The notes under the pieces: model-generated
What the model was told of the DNA's origin: nothing
Database searches by the model: none
The model's input: only the letters and a program-made list of their open reading frames with translations
Position numbers and translations under genes: made by a program
Assembly (NCBI RefSeq): GCF_006345805.1
Contig: NC_042998.1
Location: 173,290,001 to 173,354,000 of the forward strand
Length of the DNA stretch: 64,000 bases
Source: Octopus sinensis
Taxonomy: Eukaryota
Reading direction: 5' to 3'
Part shown: positions 40,325-52,519 of the stretch, piece after piece
Numbering within the stretch: position 1 is the first letter of the stretch
Layout of the letters: every line of letters begins with the position of its first letter

Positions 40325-41005
40325 AGTATAAAATCATTAAAATTAATGAACTTCATCAATGGCAGCATTAAAAAAATAATCTTTTAGGTAAAATTCATAT
40401 ATAGAGATATATAATTGTATAGAATTGAATTATAATTAAGAGCACAAAAACTACCACGTCCATATGCTAGAAGTAGACGTCAATTACATTCGGCCACTGT
40501 AAGATTTCACTTCCAGATATACACAGGCTGAAAGCGGGAAAATTGGAGTAAACAAAAATTCATAAAATAATTTAGATAGTTCTAGATGGATCAATTTCTG
40601 GGTTAGTTTGATAACTCTTGCTTAATCAGCAGAACATACTGGGGGAAATAAATGAAAATATTTATACATACCCACAGAAAAGCACGCGTAAAATGCGAAG
40701 TACACATAAATATTCATAAAGATGTACACATTGTGTGTATTTGATCAGAATAGTACAGAAGTAAATAACCTGTTTCGAAGTGAATGAGATATATCATAAC
40801 GCAATTAGAGGATAAAATCATTAAATTAATGAATTTTATCAATGGCTATTATATAAAAAATAGGTAAAATTCATATATAGAGATATATAATTGTGTAGAA
40901 TACAATAATAATTAAGGGCACAGAAGATATCATGCCTAATACTAGAAGTAGACACTAAATACATCCGGGCACTATAAGGTTTCACTTCAATACATACACA
41001 GGTTG
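40325..41005. repeat. Diverged ~200-bp direct duplication (about 40325-40530 and 40812-41005)
   Basis: Shared ATAAAATCATTAAA..TAGGTAAAATTCATATATAGAGATATATAATTGT..CTAGAAGTAGAC..TTTCACTTC..ATACACAGG. Confidence 0.8.
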
Positions 41006-41404
41006 TTAAGTAATATCCAGGTGAAATCATTATTATAATCTGTAAGAAATCATTATTATTATTCCTTTATATTTCTTGTTTAGGGCACCAGTGCTCTGTA
41101 CAAGATATTATTTCTGTGTAAGATTGAGAGAGATTTGTAGTGCAATCTTTGCACTTTCGGAATACTGATAACATGTTCCATAGAATATAGAAAGATATTA
41201 AGAATGAAAATTTTCAAAACGTATTATGTGGCAGATTTATCAGAGATATATTTTATATCCTACTTTCAATCAGCATTCGTGTTTCTTTTTATTTATATTC
41301 TATGTATCAGAATTGATATCGCTTGTTCAGTATATCGTGTGAATAAGTATATATACTTTTTCGTTTATATTTTATCGAGATATAAACATATATATACACA
41401 CATG

Positions 41405-41443
<39 letters not shown>

Positions 41444-41511
41444 TATATAAGATATATACATATTATATATATATAAGATACCTATATCTATATATATATC
41501 TTATATATATA

Positions 41512-41550
<39 letters not shown>

Positions 41551-41704
41551 ACTTATAAACAAGGGCAAAAGAAAAATTATTTTCATGCCAATATGCCGAT
41601 AACAGACTTTAAGTCGTCAATTTCTATATATCGTTATACACTCACTATAAATACATGTCGTGCTGAAATCGGAAGCTAGTCAACAGAATTTCTTTTTAAA
41701 AAGT

Positions 41705-41775
41705 TCGTTATTTCTATATTGAATCAATTTCGGAATTAATCCCATGGAGTTTTTCCTCTTCAGTAAAAAGTACGA
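41705..41775 (-). ncRNA. Type I hammerhead ribozyme, family A
   Basis: TCGTACTTTTTA-CTGAAGA-GGAA..TTCC-GAA-ATTG ATT CAAT-A|TAGAAATAACGA; complete core, 4-bp stems II and III, AUA triplet. Confidence 0.75.
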
Positions 41776-41959
41776 TAAGAAATAAATGAAATACTTACAC
41801 GCACCCATGGAAAAAAGCAGAAGCAAAAGTCATGTAATGTCTTTACCAGAAGCAAAAGTCATGTGTATACATAAGTACCCCAGTTATATGTATTAAAAAA
41901 AACAAGAAAAACAAGAACAAATGTACAAATTGAAATGTGCAATTGAATAATAATAATGT

Positions 41960-42039
41960 GGACGGTTTAGCTTAATGGTTCAGAACACCGCGATGCGTAA
42001 TCACGGAGGTGTGAGTTCGAGTCCCGTAACCGGCCGCCA
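41960..42039 (+). tRNA. tRNA-like gene or pseudogene (Thr-CGT-like anticodon loop) with encoded CCA, followed by a T7 run
   Basis: GGACGGT-TTAGCTTAATGG (A box)...CCGCGA TGCGTAA TCACGG...GTTCGAGTC (B box)...ACCGGCC G CCA; T7 at 42044-42050. Non-canonical positions: G33, a 3:70 mismatch and 6-bp arms. Confidence 0.6.
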
Positions 42040-42246
42040 ACACTTTTTTTCTGCAAAATAGGGGTAGCTTATCCTGTTCAGGTTATATTATTAGCATTAT
42101 CCTGCGCTTGAGAATTTAAAATCACTTCTTTAACTCTCTAAGACATGTCAACGCTTCTAAAGCAAACTTCGTTTGTTCGTTTACATTCATCATAATTTGA
42201 ATTTAATAATAATAATAACAATGAGAACAAGAAGAATAAAAATACC

Positions 42247-42468
42247 TATTTCTTTACTACCCACAAACAGAGAGGACAAACAAGGACAGACAAACGGATT
42301 AAGTCGATTATTTCGACCCCAGTGCGGAATTGGTACTTATTTAATCGACCCTGAAAGGATGAAAGGCAAAGTCGACCTCGGCGGAATTTGAACTCAGAAG
42401 GTAACGGCAGACGAAATACCGCGAAGCATTTCGCCCGGCGTGCTAACGTTTCTGCCAGCTCGCCGCCC
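42247..42468 (-). mobile_element. Young full-length SINE family 1 copy
   Basis: Near consensus; ends TTCTGCCAGCTCGCCGCC. Confidence 0.92.
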
Positions 42469-42826
42469 TAATAAGAATAAAAATACCAATAATGATAATA
42501 ATATTAAGAGTTGTGATGACTATATATGTATTACATATAATTGTTATTTTTATCTTTTATTTGTTGCATTCATTGAAATGTGGCCATACTGAGGCACCGA
42601 TTTGAAGGGATTTTATCGTAAGACTATCACAGGTTTTCTTTTTCTTTATAGATCTAGTAATTATTCTATCAGGTAACTTTCTGGAATGTAAACAAACCAA
42701 CATCGGATATCAGCCGTGAGTGAGAGATATGAATACACACACAAGCACACACACACACAACACACACACACACACACATACACACGCATATACATATAAA
42801 TACACATATATACATATATACATATA

Positions 42827-42974
42827 CAGGAGTGGCTCTGTGGTAAGTAGCTTGTTTACCAACTACATGGTTCCCGGTTCAGTCCCACTGCGTGGCACCT
42901 TGGGCGAGTGTCTTCTACTATAGCCTCGGGCATTGTGAGTGGATTTGGTAGACGGAAACTGAAAGAAGCCCGTC

Positions 42975-42976
<2 letters not shown>
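42827..42976 (+). mobile_element. 5' half of a SINE family 2 copy; the matching 3' half lies at about 43615-43830, beyond the family A right arm
   Basis: Head-to-GAAAGAAGCCCGTCG, then (TA)n and the family A arm, then the SINE continues TTTGTCCCCCTAGCATT..CAAATGACTGAAAA. The right arm therefore appears inserted into this SINE's TA tract. Confidence 0.8.
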
Positions 42977-43018
<42 letters not shown>

Positions 43019-43116
43019 GAGAGTTAAAGAAGTGGTTTTAAATTCTCAAGTGCAGGATAAAGCTACTAATATAGCCTGAACAGGATAAGCTACCCCTATT
43101 TTGCAGAAAAAAGTGT

Positions 43117-43196
43117 TGGCGGCCGGCTACGAGACTCGAACTCACACCTCCGTGATTACGCATCGCGGTGTTCTGAACCATTAAGCTAAACCGTCC
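43117..43196 (-). tRNA. tRNA-like gene or pseudogene, second copy, with encoded CCA and T-run
   Basis: Same as 41960-42039 but with a better paired T stem (GTGAG/CTCGT). Confidence 0.6.
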
Positions 43197-43350
43197 ACAT
43201 TATTATTATTCAATTGCACATTTCAAATTGCACGTTTGTTCTTGTTTTTCTTGTTTTTTTTATACATATAACTGGGGTACTTATGTATACTCATGACTTT
43301 TGCTTCTGCTTTTTTCCATGGGTGCGTGTAAATATTTCATTTATTTCTTA

Positions 43351-43421
43351 TCGTACTTTATACTGAGGAGGAAAAACTCCATGGGATTAATTCCGAAATT
43401 GATTCAATATAGAAATAACGA
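43351..43421 (+). ncRNA. Type I hammerhead ribozyme, family A
   Basis: CTGAGGA-GGAA..TTCC-GAAA-TTGATTCAAT-A|TAGAAATAACGA. Confidence 0.72.
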
Positions 43422-43575
43422 ACTTTAAAAAAAAAATTCTGTTGACTAGCTTCCCGATTTCAGCACGACATGTATTTATAGTGAGTGTATAACGATATAT
43501 GGAAATTGACGACTTAAAGTCTGTTATCGGCATATTGGCATGGAAATAATTTTTCTTTTGCCCTTGTTTACAAGT

Positions 43576-43614
<39 letters not shown>

Positions 43615-43963
43615 GTGTGTGTGTTTGTGTGTCTGTGTTTGTCCCCCTAGCATTCCTTGACAACCGATGCTGGTGTGTTTATGTCCCCGTTACTTAGCGG
43701 TTCGGCAGAAGAGACCGATAGAATAAGTACTGGGCTTACAAAAGAATAAGTCCCGGGGTCGAGTTGCTCGACTAAAGGCGGTGCTCCAGCATGGCCGCAG
43801 TCAAATGACTGAAAAAGTAAAAGAGTATATATACTTAAACACACACACATACACACACACATATATATATATATATATGACGAGCTTCCACACAGTTTTC
43901 CTCTAGCAAATTCACTCACAATCCGGATTCATTCTTGTTGATTTGTTTTGTTGCTTATTTTTG

Positions 43964-44027
<64 letters not shown>

Positions 44028-45059
44028 CATACATACATACATATATCCATATATACATATATATACATATATATTTACATATATACATATACATTTAAAG
44101 TTAATCCAAACAAGAAAACACAAAAAAACGAAAAAACACAACAACGCGAGGACGTGGAACAAATAAAGTATTATTGGACGCTCAGGAAAGAAGGGAAGAA
44201 GGAGAATATATACTTATATACACGCACACACACACACATATATATATATATATGTGTATATATATATATATACATACATATAAATGATGACGCGCACATA
44301 AAAAAGTGAAAGGGATCGGGAGAGGGATAGATAGATAGATAAATAGATAGATAGATAGAGACAGACAGGCAGACAGAGAAAGAGAGAGAGCGAGAAATAA
44401 AGAAGGAAGGAGAGAAACGAATGTGTATGTCTGTAAACAAGCTCTCCGATGCAATCTCAAACATCTGATTTATCGCATTGTGCATATAACATCTAATGTC
44501 TTTAATATCATTTGTAATTATTGATATTCTTGTGGGTCATTATCGTAATGAACATGAAACCAAAGCATGATGTGTCGTTATGTTAGACTACAATAGAATA
44601 GCGTATCTTATGGAACAAGATACTTCGAACTGAACTCAAAATTACCTGCGAAGCGGATGAGATATCTATCAAGGTAGAAGTGTGAGTTTATAGCAGTAAA
44701 TCATTTATAATCTAATTCGACAGACTCCGCTGGCAGGTGATCTTTAGGTGTAATCGACCGGAATATGATGAATACGATGTGCACCAACCGTCAGTGGAAC
44801 CATTGTTTAACGCTCACAATGTCCTGTATGCATTTATATGTTAATATATAAAATTAAATGTTAATATATAAGGTATATTAATATACGTATATATATATAT
44901 ATGCATTGATACATGTCTGTGTATAAGTATATATGTGTGTGAGTACATATACATATATATGTATGCATGTATATGTACGTTCACATATCTAGGTGTTGAT
45001 GTGTGCGCATGTATAATGTATGTGTGTGTGTGTGTTGGGTGTGTGTGTGTATGTGTGTG

Positions 45060-46270
45060 TGTAAATCCAAATTGAGGGAATAGAGCAGGTAAAATCCAGG
45101 CTACGTATATTCCCTAGATAGCAGAACCTTGGAAGTAATAATTACTCAGTTAGTAATAGTTACTGGCTATTCATCAGACCGAAGATAACTTAATTAAATG
45201 AAAGTTATATTGTTGTTAAGGAATCTTTAGTTAACTTACAGGAGTTGTGATTTAAAATGAGTGGGAAAGCTAGAAGAACAGGGTAAAACAAATAGAAAAA
45301 AGCATATGTATGAAGAAATAAAACACGGGAATGAGCAAATGTCTTAAGTTGTTAAGAATAAAGAAAAGGAGAGAGGGAATTTTGGTTAGAGTGAAACTGC
45401 CTTGGGAAAGTTCGTTGTGAATATTAAGCTGAGGTCATTTACTCTATCAACGATGAATAAAGAATTATACATTTACTGTCTCACCCAAGTTTATACTGGG
45501 TGAGACAATTATATATATTACTAGCAGTATCGCCCGGCGTTGCTCGGGTTTGTAAGGGAAATAACTATATAAGCATTTTTAGAGAGTTACTTCCCTTATA
45601 AATTCGGGCTTTCTTAGCCATTTTTGTTTTGGTGTCTTCAAGCCATGAAGTCGTTGTTCTAAAAGAACGCTGGTTTCCTTCACAACACATTACGACGTTG
45701 ATTTCTTTACACTCCCTTCCCCACAGCTTCATGAGGGAGGAAGGGGGAGAAGCAAACAGGTGCAGCTGTGAGCGTGGACGCCAACTCCGCCGCCATCGAC
45801 ATACGATGCATTTTATGCATTAAAATGGAATAAAAAATGATGTTAAATTATTTTTAAAATCGTAGACTCATCGTTGACGCGCGCTAATAGTCAGACGGGC
45901 TCGATATGAATCACGACTATAAGATACCCGAATTTGGTTAAACTGCACCGCAAAATGTGGAAGGAGTTAGGAATCTAAATCGAAGGGGACAGACACTCAC
46001 ACAACTAGAGTTTTATATATATAGATTTCACCCAAGTATTTACTTTTAAACAGAATCAAAGTAACATATGTATCCTGGACTTTATCCACACCATTCCCTC
46101 AAATTGGATTTTTATTCGCATTCATAGCAACCCCAGATACTAGCCACAAACAATAAAATAGATTTTTTCAGGTTATCGAACTTCGATAGGGAAAAAACCC
46201 CACAACTTTCTACTTCAGTAAACTATCATTGTTACTACGGACTGCTCGAAGCTTACTAACTTTCTTCACC
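45060..46270. repeat. Unclassified interspersed repeat pieces flanking the Helitron (about 45060-45300 and 46050-46270), homologous to about 61560-61860
   Basis: GCAACCCCAG..TAGCC, TTATCGAACTTCGAT and GACTGCTC.AAG.TTACTAACTT are shared; 45085-45200 is the reverse complement of 61570-61690. Confidence 0.6.
45521..46025 (-). mobile_element. Non-autonomous Helitron
   Basis: On the minus strand: A|TC 5' end, subterminal hairpin CCCGAGCAACGCCGGG, 3' end CTAG|T (inserted between A and T). Confidence 0.85.
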
Positions 46271-46324
46271 TAGATACCTAGATCGTTGGATCTTACAACG
46301 CACACACACACGCACACACACACA

Positions 46325-46385
<61 letters not shown>

Positions 46386-46935
46386 GGAGGTTATGAGAGG
46401 TAGTGGTGTCATCGAGACCCAAAGGTGTCAGGTAATGCTGAATAAGTGCCAAAGATAGACCGTAGGTTCGGTGATTATCCGAATAAGGAGTTCAACGTTG
46501 GTCATATGTCAGCGTGTGTACTTAAAAATTTTTTTCTGTAATGAAATAAAAAAACCAAGACTGTGTAGATGTTAGAACATTTATTTGTAAATTAAGGTTA
46601 GCATTGTTTTCATATTAATAAAAATAGAAAAATATCTCAATAACTTAACAATTTTTCAAGCCAGTCTCATAGTGGAATGGTGTTCGTCTCCATTTTGGAT
46701 ATACGTGTGTGTATAATGAGCCCGAACTTTTTCTTAACTGCATGTCAGTTTTGGAGACTTTTACATTCTTTAGATTATCTAACCTTCTCGCATTTGATAA
46801 TTTTGCTACATTCGCTTGAGACGGAAATAATTTTAATACATCAGGATTTTATATAGTATGGCAATTGATATAGCTATGTTTACGATGTTCACACACATGC
46901 CACTGGCTACTCTGGGCTATTATTTCAGTTCGTTG

Positions 46936-46986
<51 letters not shown>

Positions 46987-46999
46987 TGTGTGTGTGTCT

Positions 47000-47130
47000 A
47001 TTTGTTTCAGGCGTTTACCTGTGGTCATGCTGGAGCACCGCCGTTTTTAGTCGAAGAAATTGACCTCAGGATTTATTCTTTGTAAACTTGGTACTTATTC
47101 TATCGTTCACTTATGCCGAACCGCTAGAGA
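47000..47130 (-). mobile_element. 3' part of a SINE family 2 copy, truncated by a mariner
   Basis: GGTCATGCTGGAGCACCGCC..GGTACTTATTCTATCG..GCCGAACCGCTA. Confidence 0.7.
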
Positions 47131-47134
47131 CATA

Positions 47135-47812
47135 GTTAAATCGGGGCCTTTCTGCTTTTCGTGCTTGTTCTCGACAATGATGTTAAAATGGTAAATATTA
47201 AGCTGCATTTTCATCTTGGGGAAGAGATGGAACTGTGCATGTACTAAATCTGGCAAATAGAGCGATGGCACGTTGTCTTGGGCGAGAAGCTCACGAGTGA
47301 GGACAGGATGCATTGTCGTCGTGAAGAATACAGTTAATCACGCCCCACAGATCCAGTTACTTTCGCCTAATGTCCTCCCTCAAACGCTTCAAAACGTTGC
47401 AGTAGTACTGTGGAGTGACGGTCTGGCCGTGGGGGATATATTCTCGGTGCACACACACACACACAAAAAGAAAGAAAACGATGAGTATTATCTTGATTGA
47501 GATGTGATTCTGTCGTGCCTTTTGAAGCGTCTTACTACTCTAAACATTGCCTCGTCGCCGTGAGCCTGCCAAAGCATGGTCAATGTCCCTATAACAGACT
47601 TCCCAAGTTTAACGCAAAATTTCATGTTGGCTCTTTGTTCCAATTTTCGGTCCATGACAAAAATCGCAGACTACAGCTTACGCAACCTGCGAAGTAAAGA
47701 CAGCGGTGTCACGCGGCACACTGCCTCATGAAGGTCACTGCTCCCACAACCGTATACTGCCATCCATTGGCGCGCTACGAAAGTAGTCCGGAAACTTTTT
47801 GATATCACTTCG
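47135..47812 (-). mobile_element. Internally deleted, degenerate mariner
   Basis: 5' end CGAAGTGATATCAAAAAGTTTCCGGACT; MDRKLEQRANMKFCVKLGKS start; downstream LHDDNA remnant. Confidence 0.8.
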
Positions 47813-47840
47813 ATATATACACACACACACACACACACAC

Positions 47841-47884
<44 letters not shown>

Positions 47885-48031
47885 CATACAAACATACATA
47901 TAGATATATCTAGATATATATATATGGCTGTTGATAAGCTGTATATTCATGTATGTCTGGTTGTATATATGTATGGGTATCTGTATGTGTTTATGTGTGT
48001 TTGTATATGTATATATAGGTATATATATATA

Positions 48032-48073
<42 letters not shown>

Positions 48074-50182
48074 TATATATATACAAATATGTATATGTAT
48101 GTACAGATAGACAGAGAGACAGACAGACAGACGGACTGACAGATAAACAGACAGGCAGATAGATAGGTAGATAGATAGAGTGGTCGGTTTGTGCATGTAG
48201 CGCTGTTGTCTGTGTCAACTGGAATCCTCCATTCTTGCCTCAAAACTAACTTCTTGAAAACCTTTCGTTGAAGTATTTGGAGACTTGGTAGAACTGGAAT
48301 TAATTTAATTGACACACGTAACATGCCTGCTATTTTTTCTTATCAAATGTAGTTTTGAAAAAAGACAAAATGTCTTTAGTGTAAGGGCAAAACCGTAACA
48401 GCCAACTGTAGTTTTCCCTCTTTTCTTTGATTAATTTCCCATTAATAATTACTAAATTTTGTGCCTTAATTAAAACATATTATATGCATAGAATGATTTA
48501 ATCATATCAATAATATTACAAAAAGCTATGAAGCCTCTATTCTTTTTTATTCTCGACTCGGGCTTTACAGGATGGTACGAATAATATAGCAGTTCCTTTC
48601 TGTATTTGTAAAAAAGGGGCTGTGAATGGGCGAAAACAGCTGATTCTGAGAAAAATAAACGTAACAAAGACAGCAACGGAGGCCTTGAATTGAAATTCAT
48701 CGACATAATAAGGTTGATCTCGGCGAAATTTGAACAAAGGTGGAAGAGAACCACAGTAAATCCTGGATTTGTAACGATTCACTCAATTCGCCAATATTGA
48801 CATATTGAAATTTCTGTTAAATATCTTATTCATGAACGTTTCACTTTTAAATGCGACTTGTGGTATTTTCTAATTACTATCTTTGGAAAATGTTCATTTC
48901 TGGAAATTGAAAAATTAAAATTTCATTTGTTACATAAAATATTACCAGTTTTTTTGGTATAATCATAAATTCTCATAATAATAATTTCAGCAAAAATATT
49001 ATGCTGAGGAATCTCCAGCAGCAAATATTACACAGCGATCGTTAAAACAAATGGTAGTGTTACAATAAAATCAATTATGAATCAACAAGTGTGCTACTAA
49101 ATAGTCGCTAAAACTGCAAGAAACGGCAGAGAACAGTCATCTCCAACACGATATAGAATAATTATATTGTTATCTTAAATGCAATACATATATACATACA
49201 TATTCAAAAGAACACAAATAGGTTTGAAATTTACTACAGCTGTCTTGGTAGAATTATATTGATGTATTCATAGATTACATCATAACATATAATACTCCAT
49301 CTCCAGGTGAAATTTTAAATAGGTATGAAACAGGTGAGTTAATACAAAGATCGTGACGGATCCAGTGAACATTGTTGGATGGGTGGTATTTAAAAATGAC
49401 ATTCGAATTTACAGAGAAATTATGAGTGACGTTAACAGACATGCGAAAAGTAGTGTTCAAACGACCTTATCATTTCAAAATACATATCTGAATGAGTTTA
49501 TAGCTGATATTGGCTACCAGAATGTACAAGAATAACAGACATGTCGTAGGCATGACTTGTCCTTAAAACCATTAAGGCCAAGCAGCTATCTTGTCAGTTA
49601 AATGAGAGAAAATTAAACATCTTAGGGCAGCAGAATGTCATAAAACTATCATAAGATTTTTAACACTGAAAAGATAGCAACTTGACTATAATGATCTTTA
49701 ATTTCTGCGAGTCTTGCACGATCTCACAGTCAGGGTAAGCAATAAACTAATTTAGTAATTTAGATTAATGTTTGATTGCTTTGCTTCGCGTGTGCCCGCT
49801 AAAGACATTACTTCTAATTCCTCCACAAATTTGAATGTTATTTAAAAAAACACCTATCCGACTATGTTTGTTGGATTCGTCACAATTGGGGTTTTTATCT
49901 CACCTGTCTGATAACCAGTTTAAAACTGTATCTGAAGATGGTGGAGTATATGTTATGATGTAATCTATGAATACATCAATGAAATTCAACCTAAATACCA
50001 ATAGTAAATTTTAAACCCCATTTCTGCTCTCTTTTTTGTACCTACGTCACACCTGTAACCAGCTTTTTTGTACCTACGTCACACCTGTAACCATTATTTT
50101 GCCTCACTGTGAACCCTATATTATTGTACCTAGCCATTTCTGGTGTCCTGCTTACTGATGTGTCTAGATTGTATTGAATCCT

Positions 50183-50212
50183 ATAACTACTACTACTACA
50201 CTACTACTACTA

Positions 50213-50245
<33 letters not shown>

Positions 50246-50251
50246 CACTAT

Positions 50252-50328
<77 letters not shown>
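50183..50328. repeat. (TAC)n microsatellite
   Basis: Direct run. Confidence 0.97.
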
Positions 50329-50329
<1 letters not shown>

Positions 50330-50379
50330 ACACACACACACACACATACACACACATGCAATGAACAGTAAAAGGAAGA

Positions 50380-51170
50380 AGACAACAAAAGGACAGGATT
50401 TACTAAATACTTTATTGGCTTAACGCTTGATAGGAATGAAAGATTATGCCTACGTTTCAGCCATTAATCCGCCATCAGAAGTAAGAGAAGTTTATAAGTG
50501 AATGAGAAAGAGAAAAAGCGGATAAAAATAAACGAGTGACCGGGAACCGTGTGGGAATGCGGTGTTATGAGAGGATTAAGCAAAGAGGGGCAGGATGATT
50601 GTACATTTTCAGGCGTAGGCGTGTGTCTTTTTTAGATATCGACATTGGTGGTGGGTAGTGTCTAGAAATATGTGTTAAAGTGTCAGTAATTTGTAGATGT
50701 GTGAGCATGTGTGTGTGTGTGTAATCGTATTGCATGTGTGTGAAGAAAGGATTGGAGGAAGTGGCAGCATGCACTAGTGTACGGTAAAACAGAAAACAAG
50801 AGAAATGTTGAGTGTGTGCCATATCATGGCTACGAGAGAATCTTAAGAGTGAGGCAGAGGCAGCTACGATCGAGAAGGGATAAATAGATGATCTGTTAGG
50901 AAGAGATAAAGTGCGGGAAGCTACAGTGTCAGATTAAAAGCGACAGGTGAAGCGGATGGTGGTGCGATGGAGGGAGCAAAGTGGTAGGTAAAAGAAAGGG
51001 GGATGCAGTTGGTAGGATTCCAGATACAGGTAAGATATGATTTACGGTCAACCACACGGGAAAGGTGGAAATAGAAGTGGATAAGGAGCGAGGAAGAAAA
51101 GTCAAGGGAGGACTTTGGAATCGCTGAATTTGTTGAAGACCGATGTGAAGAGAGTGAGGGTAAGATGGTC
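50380..51170 (-). mobile_element. Degenerate Penelope-like element, 3' region and terminal repeat remnant
   Basis: IPLSFTYH....PPS, ITDTLTHIS and RLRL..HRIP remnants resemble the PLE linker/GIY-YIG C-terminus, followed by a CTGATG..GAAACG motif and AATAAA. Confidence 0.6.
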
Positions 51171-51608
51171 AATGAATCAGTGATGTCGATGTGTATGCGT
51201 GTATGTCTTTGTGTGTATGCGTGTGTGCTTGTGAGTGTCGATGTCTGTATGTGTTTTGTTTATCCACTGTTGGTGATACTTCGTTAAACGCTTTGAATAA
51301 ACATTTTAATGTAACATTTTCATGTACTAGACTTGTGTAGTCAGTTGAACCGACACATAACATGCCACGCTTACATTTATGTTATCAACTTTAATTAAGT
51401 ATGGCAAAAGACAAAGTTGACTCAGTGAAGAGGCAAGATTAGACTAGCTCACTATAGTTTTTCTATCTTTCTTCCCATTAATTTTCTGTTAAAAGAAAAC
51501 AAAAAGAAAAGTAACAATACTAGGTGATATTCCTGAACATTTGATAAAATCGATAATTTTTATTCCCACTTAAACGTGAATGTTCTGTTAGAACAGATAT
51601 TACTGTTG

Positions 51609-52450
51609 TATCAGGTTGGTGCAAAACTAATGTCCGATTTAAAGATCTAAGGTAAAAATGAATAAGCCAATGACTATGGAAATATTTATTCATTAACATA
51701 CTCTCCATTGATTTCAATGACCTCATTCCATCTTTCAACAACCTTATAAATGCCTCGCTTGTAAAATTCTTTAGATTTAGAACCAAAATATGAATCCAAC
51801 TCATTTTCAACATCTTCTCTTGTTGTTAACCTAAGTCCATCAAAATGGTTCTGTAGTCCTCAGAACAAATGGTAATCAGGAGCAAGGTCAGATGAATATG
51901 GAGGATGAGGCAGTATTTCCCAACCAAGTTCTTCCAAGAGAGTTTTGGTCGATCTATGAGAGGATGAGCATTATTGTGATGGAAGATGACACCCTTCCTG
52001 TTAACCAAGGATGTTCGCTTTTGGCTCAGAACTGTTTTCAAACGATGAAGTTGTTCACAGCAAAGATTAGCATTAATTGCTTGGTTGTTGTCCACAGTTC
52101 ATAATGGATGACTCCTTTAATATCCCACCGTGATCAACATGATCTTCTTTGGATGAAGTCCTGCTTTCGGTTGTTGAACTGCCGTCCTCCTCGGCTGCTC
52201 CAAGAACGGCGGCGTTTAACATTATGGTAAGGAATCCACTTATCATCACCTGTAACAAGCCTGTCTATATATACATCTAGATTGAAGCCCGCCCTGTTTG
52301 ATGATCTCTTTCGCAACCAATTAGCAGTTTGCTTTATGGATGTATGAATTCGATAGATTTTGGGTGCTACTGATAAGCTGCATACCAACAGATTCCTTTG
52401 TTCCATATATGATGTTAGACTCGTGTAGTTGTCACTTCCTGACTACGGGA
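51609..52450 (-). mobile_element. 5'-truncated mariner (catalytic domain and 3' TIR)
   Basis: RLVTGDDKWIPYHNVKRRRSW and INANLCCEQLHRLK..LVNRKGVIFHHNNAHP remnants; terminal TA-TCAGGTTGGTGCAAAACTAATGTCCGATTT. Confidence 0.88.
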
Positions 52451-52519
52451 AGAGAGATCAAGTATATTGTTTGTCCTTGTTGATTTGAGTACTACATGCT
52501 CTGTGTATAACGTGTTGGT

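Larger units (their letters stand above)
41549..42138. mobile_element. Left arm of the family A inverted pair (HHR on - strand, tRNA-like gene on + strand)
   Basis: Reverse complement of 43019-43577 over its whole length; the outer end abuts (TA)n; small internal duplication of AGAAGCAAAAGTCATG. Confidence 0.92.
43019..43577. mobile_element. Right arm of the family A inverted pair (tRNA-like gene on - strand, HHR on + strand)
   Basis: Reverse complement of 41549-42138; (TA)n on both sides. Confidence 0.92.

Noticed and set aside
49353-49535. Protein-like 60-aa ORF (TDPVNIVGWVVFKNDIRIYREIMSD...)
   Set aside because: No recognisable family, no ATG context and no good acceptor; its length is within chance expectation.
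50445-50485. CTGATGG..GAAACG motif on the minus strand at a PLE end
   Set aside because: A9 is mutated and stems I-III do not pair; at most a relic.
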